NCBI GenBank assembly: GCA_046563655.1
Contig: CM102289.1
Span: forward strand, 8,432,001-8,496,000
Length of the DNA: 64,000 nucleotides
Origin: Yuukianura sp. NJ FZ-2021
Taxonomy: Eukaryota
Direction: 5' to 3'
Shown: positions 49,314 through 60,599 of the stretch, piece after piece
Layout: each line of letters opens with the position of its first letter
How positions within the stretch are numbered: the first letter of the stretch is position 1
Notes under the pieces: generated by a model
What the model was told of the DNA's origin: nothing
Database searches by the model: none
Seen by the model: the letters and a program-made list of their open reading frames with translations, nothing else
Position numbers and translations under genes: made by a program

Positions 49314-51085
49314 ATGATGAAACGCAACGTGTGTTGGAATTTGTTCTTGGTGGTGCTTGCTATGGCCATGCCAGCTGAGAGCAATGAATTTGGCCGGTAA
49401 ACATTAAACGTTTCTTTAGCTTTCTGGGTTAAAGTATTTTTATTATGCATTGTCAAACGTTCTGCTAATTCAGGGAGAAAGAATTCTTGGGAGGGTATGA
49501 AAGTGTGAACTTGCGACGTACAAGAAGCGATCAAAGCGAAAACGAATTCGTCCCCCCGGACGCTCTAACTTCGGACGTAGTGGATTCTGCTGTCCTGGAC
49601 GAAATTGGAGGAGAAGACCTTGGTGCTGGAGCGGAAACTGTGGAGCGCAAACGCAGAGATCGGGTAAAGTGTCGAGTATATTCTCTCATAAGCTACAATT
49701 AAACTTTATTTCGGTTTTATTAGGCGGAATCGGATTTCCATGCAGAACGGGCCGAGTCCGATGCAATCGCTGCTGCTGCGGAGTCGGCAGCAGCTGAAGC
49801 TGTGAGTTATGAAGTGGAGAATATAGTTATCTTAATACTTGGAAGTATTTATGGCTTGTATTATTCCAGGACTCTGTCGCGGCAGCAGTGGAAGCGGCTG
49901 AAGCCGAATCTTCAAATGACAACACCAATGGCAGAGGAAGACAGCAAGGCGTCCACTCCTCGCGTTCAGACTACGACAGCAACGTAATGACTTTTGAAGA
50001 AAATGACAATGGAGACAATGTCGTAGTGGTGGAAAATGATCCACGCGAAAATGCACATGTAGCTGGTGGATATGGAGGTCAGCATTTTGAAACTGGAATG
50101 TCACGGAGTGGACATGAAGCATCCTCATTTGACGTTCATGGAAACGCACATGGCGTCACGGGAGCTCAAGTTTCTCATGGAACGAGTTATGGTTCCCAAA
50201 GTCAAACGGGTTTCCATGGAATTGATTCATCAGTGAGCTCCTCCGCCAATGTCCACTTTGGCTCTTCAGATCAGAGTTCGTCTTCTGGAAATGCCGCAGG
50301 ATATGCCGATGTCCAGCAACCACTTAACGCCCTTCTCACGGAATCTTCTGATCTTGCCAAGGAAATTCGACTTGTCTTCCAAGTTTTGGCTCGACGTGAG
50401 GATTATTTGGTCCAAGAAATGGAGAAACTCAAAGTGGCTCTTCAAAAGGCAATTCAAGAACTGGAAGAAAATAACAAAGAAGCAAAGATTATTCGAAAGC
50501 GCCGTGATAACCCCGGTTCGGCAAAACTATGAGAAAATGCTTGCGCAAATATGACAATTTTCTTAACTTACAGATGATTCGAATCCATACAAGGCATGCG
50601 TCTACATCAATCCACCGCAAGTAAATCCAGCACCAGCAGCTAACTTTGCTCCTCCAGAAGCACTTGTACAGCCTCCGCCACCTCCGGAATATGAACCTGG
50701 ACCAGAAGAACCAAGCCCTCCTGGAGGAGATGAGATTGACCTCAGCTCGGTTTACTGGCTCAAACTGCCGGAGAATCAGGACGAAGGAATCCTGGAAAGA
50801 GTTCATCGTGTTTTGACTGGTGTACGAGATTCTGGAAAAGATGTTTTACTGATCCCTGTTACGAAGAGCTACATGTCCAAGGAAGATGTTGCAAAAGGAT
50901 TTCTTCGAGCTGTAACACAAAAAAATTAAAACATTTAAAAAAAAATACTAAGTATTTTCAAATTTGTTGAATTCGTTACCTTAAAATCGTGGTCTCAGGT
51001 TCGAATTAATCCAGCATATACGTCATCCGATACGAAGCAGAAGCGACGCCGTAGGAAACTTCGACTTCGGATCCGTCGTATTTGA
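49314..51085 (+). CDS. Uncharacterised secreted precursor protein, ~473 aa, with multiple furin/dibasic sites, a coiled-coil segment, a Pro-rich segment and a polybasic C-terminus
   Basis: Exons 49314-49396, 49474-49663, 49724-49801, 49870-50515, 50574-50911, 50999-51085; all GT-AG with 58-87 nt introns; 1422 nt in one frame. N-terminus MMKRNVCWNLFLVVLAMAMPAES resembles a signal peptide. Contains RRTR, RKRR (twice) and the tail KQKRRRRKLRLRIRRI. The last two introns have weaker donors (GTTCGG, GTAACA). Confidence 0.8.
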
Positions 51086-53651
51086 ACAGTGAAAACTCAA
51101 TTCTATCAAAACACAAACTAAAAAACAAAGTAAGTTTCCAACTAAAACAAATCTATTACTCTGTACCAAATACCTGGGGAATTGAAACTTTCGCTAATAA
51201 GTTTCAATTCAATTTCCGTTTTCTCAGGCAAGCACGAGTCAACAGTTAACTTACTCCGCAAAAGAAAACCAAAAACAGAAAAGGACTTTGACGATATCCT
51301 TAATGAAACAATGGAGATAAGTGAGAATTAATCGTAATCGATAGATTAATTGTTATTAAAAGAGATTTGACTCACAAATGTGATGGATGATTTTGTTGCG
51401 TCTTAATAAGGGTAATGCATTTAAAGCATTTTAGACTAAGATTACAAATGGAGTAGCTTGTTTCTTAGTAATTAACTTACTGTAAATAACAATGTTTTTA
51501 GAAAGGGAGTACGTAAAGTTAAAATTAAGTATAATAAAATACACAGTTGACTATCAAAACATGTGATTGTCTGAATTCTAACAAGGAAATCAAAAGATTT
51601 TTAGAAAAAGAAGTTTAAAAACTTTTACGAACCAAAAAATCTCTTTACGAGGTACATTATTTTTCAATTTTGAAAAAAAAGACAATGCCATCAAGAATTT
51701 TAGAGGACCAATTACCTTACTAGAAGTTTAGACTAAAAACTTAAAACCAGAGTTCATTTCTAATTGTAATTAGTTAAAGATAAAATTTAGAGTTCCATCA
51801 GCGTAGTAGTAACAGTACACTTTTTGCCGTTTTTGTAACCAACAAAAAATCTCAAAAGGATTTTACTGAATTATTAGAATTATTCAATACGACATTAGAC
51901 AAGAGATTTAAGTTCGAGTCCATAACGTACAAAAATCTTGAGTGAAAAATTGTTTTTACAAAGATTCATTTTTTAAAAAGTAGTACAACACTTCAACTTA
52001 AAACAAAAACCTTTTTTCTTTAAAACTCAACTTTTAGTATGGGCCACCATCCTGATGGATTTTAAGTTAATAAGTTTTCTCAGTTAAATAAAAGTGTGAG
52101 ATTTAGTTTTAAGTTATTTAGCTGAAGTCTTTCTTGTGCGTCCTTATCCCCAATGTTCAAACAACTCTCTTCACCATAATTTCTAAACGTACCGAAAATG
52201 TGTAACTTTTGTCTATCAATCCCGCATCTAATCTGTCAAAAAAGTACGTTTAACCGCGTTATCCTGTCTTCAGCTAAACAAAACCTAAAGAAGACTCCAG
52301 ATAGATCATCAATCCAATCATTTTTGAAATCCTGCGTAAACTTTCAAGTTATTTAGTTATTTTCCCGCCTAATTTAAGTAACCATCCATCTCCATTCGCA
52401 AAGAAAAAGCACCCAAAATTTGGCTAAAACTCGTAATCTAGCACTACCGTTTTTGCTTTTGATTGAAAGGAAAGTGGTATTACTTTGGCGTTAAATTGTC
52501 ATCGCTTCTGGCCTGGATTAAATCACTTCAGAAAATTAATATCAATTATTGTTTCGCTAAACTTCTCAACTAAATTCGTATTTAGCTTTAACTACATTAC
52601 TAACTACTGGATATTATAAAATAAACTTTTAGCAGGGAAATTACAACAACCCAAAACCTAAATTTCGTCACCCCCACTCACTGCTGTCATCAAAACTTCT
52701 CCCAATTCAACACCTTCAGCTGCAGCATTTTCCAGTACTTCCTTACAAACGTGCCCTTTGCACCATTAAACATTTCAGAATCAATCGTAAACGCCTACGA
52801 CCTATTTTTTTAAGCTAAACTGCACACTAAACTGTTCATCATATGACCAGAAGTACTTCAGAAATAAAAAGGTAAATAGTTATAATATCAAATCTAAAAA
52901 TTCACTTCAGTTTCCATCAGCGAACATTTTAAAATTAATTATTACAATTATTACATACATATTGTATTGAATATTGATGATGTCTTTAAATTTGTACTCC
53001 ACAATTTAAGTGCAAAATTTTAAAAAAAACGAAGTTAGGCAAGAAATTTTAGCCATAGACTACCTAATCCCGGGTTTGAAAGTAAAATTTTGAAAGGCAA
53101 GCGTTATTGAATTTTTAGAAAAGTGCTCCAAGTGATTTCCTGCCATGCCATGTTAAAGACGCAAATAGTTAATGAAATTTCTTTCAACGTTAATTCAGGG
53201 TACGACGAATCTTAAAAGATCGGCATTTTGAAAAGTGCAAAGGTGCAATATACGGTTGGACAATGTTGCTGCAACGACACGAGTGAAAAAGTATAAAGTT
53301 CCTACGACCTTATCGCTTACAAAGTTTGTGCTTAAAAGTAGAAAGACTAACATTTTATACTTAAGAGTGTCAAAATCATTAGAAAAAGTGCAGTGAATAT
53401 ATGGGGGATTCTGAAGCCATTACCTCAAAGTATCTTGACCTTATTAGTTAACCAGTAGAAATTTTTAGTTTAAGGCTTAACTGTATATTAGAACAGAACA
53501 GAAAAAAAAGAGAATCTGTTTCAGCAATTTCGGATTGGAAATTGAGACAGATTATTTTTTGTCTTGAAAATATGGGTTTACGTGCGTCTTCCGTGATTGT
53601 TTCCAGCACCAGCGTCTCAAACTGGAATGAGACTGTTTTGGCCATTTAATT

Positions 53652-56600
53652 TCACAGACGATCCAGCCGAAAGGAGTCTTCTACTTGTGGATCCAGTTGG
53701 ACCAAGTCCGGTTGATCCAGCATTTGAAATCCATCAAAATCAATTTGACCTAAAGTATCACGAAATGCTGCCTGCATCTGTTCCGAAGCCAGTATTTCTT
53801 CTAGCTGAAGATGATCAGCACTCCTCGGATCTGAAAAGTCTGTACCCAGAAATTCTACATTACAGCTAAGTATACTGATCGTAGTCTCAATGCAATAAAT
53901 ACAAATGAGTAAGAATAGCACTATGTATTTACCGGTAAAAATGATGTCTGGAATACTTGACGGAGTCTGTGGCGTCTGAGGTTGTTGCGGATGTTGCGGA
54001 GAGTGCTGATTGTTGTTTGTCCCAGTATTTGAGTGGCCTAGTTGAGCACTGTATAGATACGGTCCACCAGCATTGGAGTTCTGCAATCAAACACAAAACA
54101 GGCAACGTAAAAACTATTTAACGTCAATTACTTACTACACGAAATACTTAACAAAATCGATCAAAAAATTCAAAAACAAAAGCCAACTTCTACTAAAAAA
54201 CAAAAAAAAATTAACCTGCCGCCATGTACGAGACAAATGTGAGAGGCCCCGCTTTTGATCATCTTCTGTCTAAAAATATAATTTGCACAAAAAAAAAATC
54301 AAAAACAAACAACCCAACAAAAACAAAATTAAAGTGAAAAACGTCCACAACAAAAATTCTTTCTCCTCCTAAAAACTAAATCTTTTAAAAATTCATTACT
54401 TACCACTGAAATTTGTTCAAAATGTTGCTGAAGAGCATGCGCTTGTTGTGTCAAGTAGTATTCATTGCCTGGTGATTGAGTAGATTGCCCTATACTCGGA
54501 CTTGAAGGCCCGGAAAGTTGACCATCCAACGGACTCGCACTTCGGAACTGCTTAGAAAATTTAAAAAAAAAACACAATCATAAAATCATTTTTTGCATAA
54601 ACAGAAATCTGCAAAAACGAAATTTAAAAAAGCAAACATAAAAAGCGTGCATACTTTCAGTTTGGCGTCTAAAATCATAACTACAGTAAAAAAACAAAAT
54701 AAAAATTACTGGAGAAGGTGAATTTTGAGGACTAGGTCTTTGAGGGCTCCGGTACGCTGATAACATCTAAACAAACCAACATAAGAAAAAACCGTGCAAG
54801 ATCACAACAAAAACGATGATAATATCAGACGTGTGCTTCGTCGTGAAAACCAAAATTACCAAAACAAAAGTAAAAGCATTGTACAACTCTTTTGCTTCAA
54901 AATAAAACTGATACTGAAATAAGTCAAGACAAGATTTTGCTACAAAATAAAACTGAAAAACTGCAAGACAAGAACGATTTTGCATCCAAACCAAAACTGT
55001 TGGAGCGTCCTTATCCGTCACACAAGTAACTTTCGCTCTTGAAAAAACAAGCCAAAACCACTTACATTGTCATTTGCAAATTGGAATGATGTATTGACAT
55101 GTAGAGGAAGAGGATGATGATTTTCCTGGTAAGATTGTGGTGTTTGCGACCCGGGTGAATGTGGAGACTGGGGCATTTGCACTTGTGATGATGGTCTAGG
55201 TTGAGGATGTCCATTGCCAGCACCTTGTGGAGACGCATGGGAACTAGTTGGAGAGTAGGTAATGGAACTTCCTGTCAATGGACTCTGCAAAAAAAAAACA
55301 GATGGCAAAAAAAATTGCAGACGTCAACTGATGGCTCACTACTTGGTTAGTATTCAAGAATTCAACACGTGAATTCCGAGAAACAAACAAACGCTGTTTA
55401 CGTTTACAACTCTTTCAAAGAATAAATACATCCTGCTATGAATTTTGCCTTGAAATTAAATGAACTTCTCAAAATAGTCCGTAGAAACGAGGTTGACGTT
55501 TCAATTATTCAATCGAATTGCTACTTGACTGAATGATTTCATCTTTTCATTCATCTACCATGCAACAGATAAGTCTCAAAGTGTAGCCGGAAGAATAATT
55601 TCTCGCCTCTGACGTACGCCTGACGTTTGACGTACGAAAAATGGAATTCTGGACTCCATGACGACATTAAGTAAATCTAACCGTAAATCTGGAACAGGTT
55701 CCGTTTTAAATTATTCCCGCGCTTCAAGGTTAAGGTTAGCGTAAGTTTACAGTTGAAACTTACTGTTGAGTAAGGTGAGTGACTCCGGTCATCTGGATCC
55801 ACAGGATTCTGGAGTGGCGGAGGGTACTGGAAGTTGGTCAGATCGGGAAGTGAGCCCGTAGAAGACAGAGACACTGGAACTGGCGGAATTTCTAGCAGGG
55901 AAGTCGGGTCTCCTCCGCCTGTCCTTGACCTGGACATGACATGGTTCGTAATATTGATGGGGTCATGAGCCGGATTCCGGGGAAAAGTTCCAGTCCCAGA
56001 GTAGTCATTGGAATTATTAGAAGAGTCTTCCGACGAATCCGGGACGGTCGTAGGGATGACGAGAGTATTATTTAGATTGAGAGCTGAGTCAGAGTTGAAC
56101 CGGCGGCAGGAACTGTCCATCGGAGGTGAGAGATAGCTGTTGGGTGCGTACATTGTACGCCCTGAATGTGCACTGGACCCAAAGCCGCCTGCAGTAGTTG
56201 AGGTCATAGAACTGCTGAGCATGGACGCACTTGGTGGTGAAGCATATGGACTTGTTTCTCTGTGGCTTGGCTTTATCCGTACTGGACCAATGGAGCTTCT
56301 TTGTGATCTGGGTGACGACGATGGTGGATGATAACCTCCGCGTGACTGGTGCAGTCCCTGAAACCAAAAATAAAACAGGAAACCAATATTAGATGACTGA
56401 CCATAAACGTAAACAACACACTTGACCCCACTAATCCTAGGCAATCCGAGATCCGGTTACGTAGAGTGCGGTAACCTGTGGTGAGTTACCGCACCTTACG
56501 TAATTTATGCAACTAATCGTAAGCGTTGTATTTTTAGAATTCCAAATCCTTAATTTCGAATTGACGTAATGTTTTTTTCCTGTTTAGGCTTAAGTTCTAC

Positions 56601-59600
56601 CTACTTTTGCCTCCATCGTGGTCTACAACCTCGCAAAAAAACAAGAGCGCTGGATTTGGTTCAACTTTCCGAATTTAGCGATTCGTGAAACCTTTCCTGG
56701 AAAAATGTTTGTTTCGTAGCTATTTTTGACAGGCATCATAAACTGTGACAATACAAAACCAGAGTAGAAACATTCATCCACATCTTGAGATTCCTCCCCC
56801 GTCGTCTAAACAATCCTTCCGGTTTTTAGAGAAAGAAGGAACGTAGAAGGCGGCGTAACGAGCTGCTGGAGAAAGCACCACCAACAATATTGATTTTCAC
56901 TCTTAAGAAATACATAGAAACCAACGAGAACACGACTTGCGTTTTTCTTTTCCGCTTTCTGCCAAACGACTAACCCAGAAAAACTTGGTCAGCAACAACA
57001 CTACTGCACAAGCACATTTGGAACTGAACTTGTGTCGACTTTAAAAAAAAAAAACTACCTAGTGGAAGCTAACAACCTAATGAAAAATCTTGTAAGCAGA
57101 ATCCCATTGAATATGACAATGGTAGTAACCTACTAAATTATTCACTTGGTTACATGTTCGCAATTTCCCAGGGACAAGATTACTTCCTTCGAATCCCATT
57201 TCGTAAAAGCCAAAAAGTCGAGAAAAAAAAACTTTTTTGTTTGCGATTTCTCCATTTTCAATTCCAGTTCCAAATCTTATATTTTTTCTCCCGAAAAATG
57301 TACGAAAAACTCGAAATTTCTGCTCCTACACAAAGTTAAAAATTTCCCCAAACAAAATTTACTTTTTAGTAAAACATAAAACTTTTTAGTTGAACTTATT
57401 CATCAAAGCATATTTCTCCTTTAGCATAAAGAAAAAACGTCAAACTGTGTCAAAAAAACCTGGCACATCGAGATCAAACTTTCTCTCAAGTTCAACCGAT
57501 AGCTTCACAGCATAATATTTGTTTGCAGAGAACCGAGCCATTTAGTAATTTGCGAAAACGCGATGAAGCAACACGCGCCAAAATCGTACGTTCCCCGGAT
57601 ACACATACATGGAAAAAGCACCGCGTAACGTCCAACCTCAAGTTCAATCTTCTATCCCTCTATTTTCAATTACATAATTTAAGTTATGTAACAATCCCAT
57701 TTGTAAATTAAAAAATCAATATGTCCTATGCTTCAGGTTTGAATATTTTCGCACCAACTTCACAATGCATAACAAATGGCAAATGGATTAAATTCAACAA
57801 ACCACACATCTCGGCTTCCTATTCCTTAGGTAAACAAAAAACACTTAATACTTAAGAAACTTCAATTCTTCGAACTTCAGTTTTTGACTGTCAAATCCTA
57901 ACAGGAAAAAGTCCTCACAAAATTCCGCAATCCATGGTATCTATCATTATTTGCGAAGAGAAATCTACGCAATACAGTTGCCATAGTCTGCCATTACGAA
58001 AGAGAAAGTTTGCATAGGCGGGTGAGAGCGGGAGCTACAAAGGCTAATATTCCCAAGGCTGAACCAATTAAATGACATTGAAATTGACAGATCAATAATT
58101 TAAAATGAATCCATTGTTGTGGCTATGTTCTTCACCCGACTAACGACGTAATTTCGAATGACAAGGGAAATAAAAAAGAAACTTTTCCGAACTTACAAAC
58201 ATTCAACCTTATTCACAAAACTTGTTCCGTTCCACCATTTAACCAAATATTGCTACAATTCTCGTCAAACTCTCACTTAATCTGGATATTTCGTACAAAT
58301 GAGTTCAAATTAGACTAAATTAACAATAACATTTGCACAAAGATGTCAAAATTTAAATGTATAAATATGTAGAATTTCAACAAATCCAAAAAATTAATTC
58401 TTTCATATTTTCAGTTTGATTGTTGATTGGAGAGGAGAAAAAAAGCAGAACTTCAAAAAAATAGAGGCAGACAAAACACAAAAAGATGTAAAAATGGACA
58501 CGCGCAATACATGATGACCTTCAGCATTACAGAATTTTTGTATTATACAAAGTGTCGAAGTCAACGTTTTGGAAGAAACGTAGCAAATTGATTTTTTTTT
58601 CAAAAACCACCTGTAAAACTGCAAACAAAAGGATCTGTAAAAACGTGGCAGTTTTACAAAGCATCTTTGGTAGCTTGAAGAGAACTTTTCAAAATTGCAG
58701 TATACAAAGCATCACTTGCGGGATGCTGATTGCTAGTTACCAATTTAGCTAGAGGGATCTTGGTCGTTTGGATTTTTCCGAAACCAGACAGTGCAATTCA
58801 TTTGATCATGGATAATTAAGGAATCGCAGTCTTTGAAAGCCAAACCAGAAAATTTCAATTCTATACGACGTGTCCTTAGCAAAAAATGGCAAAAGTGACT
58901 CAAGATCAAGTTTTCAGGTACACGTAAATAATGAGAACTTGCTGGAAAAAAAATTGGCCAAAGAAGTAGTCATCCTTGGACAACCACAATCTCCAACCCC
59001 GCCTTCAATTCGCAAATTCAAACCATTGCTATTAAAATCTTCTTCTAAAATGAAACAAAAAGTAAAAGAAGACAAGACACTGTGGACGCTATACGACGTC
59101 ATCCGATGGCCAGTATTTTTATAGTCTATTGTACCTATTAAGAAAAAGACCAAAAATCCTTACAAAAACTGAGCAAAAAAATTAGTGGACGCTTCGCAAA
59201 AAAAAAGTTGGGGCAAAAGTCCATTTCCTAACCATGAGGATCCTACCCATCATGCTCCTCATCTTCTAAGAATTTTATTAAAAACTATAAGAACAATGTG
59301 ATCAGCAACACGTACTCGTTGATTAGGTTAGTAAGATGGATCATTTTGTACAACCAATCCTACCAAACCAAAGTACTTTTCACTACGACAAAACCCTTAT
59401 ACTTCCGGCAAATCCAGTACTTCTACTTACTATTGCAAATATCTACCTACCAAACGACAAGATTAAAAGATTACATGGCGTTGTTTTTATATGCGTAATT
59501 GTGACGACAATTCGCACGACGACACTGTCGTCACGACAAACAGGATATGGAGAAGGAGAGAACCGACTCCAGTGACTAGCACGCGAGATACGACAATGTC

Positions 59601-60599
59601 GCAGCGACATCAATGTCAACGCAAGAAAGCGATTGACATCTTCAATCTTCAGTAGTTCAGAACATAGTAGTAAATAGTTAACAATTTGAAAAAAGACACT
59701 ACGATAGTGGATGATGCTGGGCACACAGTATTTTAAGCACTGTACGTTACAACAACAAGTTCGTGTCCGCGTTTGTACTGAAAACCAAAACATATGCACA
59801 TGCTAATCATGGCGTAAAAGACGACGACAGAGCTACGGTCACCCTCTATTGAAGGAAAACTACACGTCCTGTCGTTAATTGTTAGTAAATAGTTAGTGAA
59901 AGTTATGAAATATTGAATAAATTGTTATAGAAAAGAAAAAGTGACAGATTAGTGTTAGAAGCATGACTTCCGCGAAAGCATGGGTAATTCATTCCATGCA
60001 AGAATCCAAAAAAAGAAAGCCTTCCCTTCGTCAAACTTATTTCGAGCAAACGCATACTTCCGCAGCATTTCTTAACAGTGCTTCATACAAAAGCATAATG
60101 GACTAGTCAGACTGCTACCTGGGCCTGAGATTAAGAAGATAACGCAAGATCAGTACAACGACACGGAGGACATTGGACTTACTTAAGTATTAAATGCATC
60201 GAAGATTATCAGACTAATGCTAAGTAGTATTCGACTGTTACCTTCTCTGCTTGGGCCATTTGGTTGACATTTGGCAAACTTCCGCCGTGACCACGAAAAG
60301 TGTTCAGACCAATGTTCAGTTGATTTTGTTGCTGCTGACTTTGGAGAATTTGTTGTTGAACCATGGGCGCTGGAGACATAAGGCCACCACCAAAGGGCTG
60401 AAAATGCAATAAATGTTAAGATTAGAATGTGCTGAGTTTGTATCCAGTTAGCATAACTGGTAAGATGTGGTGACATCGGTTGACTTACTCTAATGTCCAT
60501 GACCTCCTTCATAATTTCTTGAAAAGCAGCCGTTTCCGCAGCTTGCTTCTGCGTATGAAGGGCAATCTTCTCGCTAAACTTTCTTGGGTTGGACATCAT
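53652..60599 (-). CDS. Crtc: CREB-regulated transcription coactivator (CRTC/TORC), ~556 aa
   Basis: Exons (minus): 60599-60489, 60397-60242, 56357-55764, 55284-55066, 54766-54710, 54547-54404, 54269-54216 (candidate cassette), 54080-53933, 53839-53652; 1671 nt in frame. TORC_N motif [31 protein letters not shown]; regulatory serine motifs [26 protein letters not shown]; PxIxIT-like calcineurin docking PDIIFT; C-terminal [10 protein letters not shown]. Confidence 0.95.
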
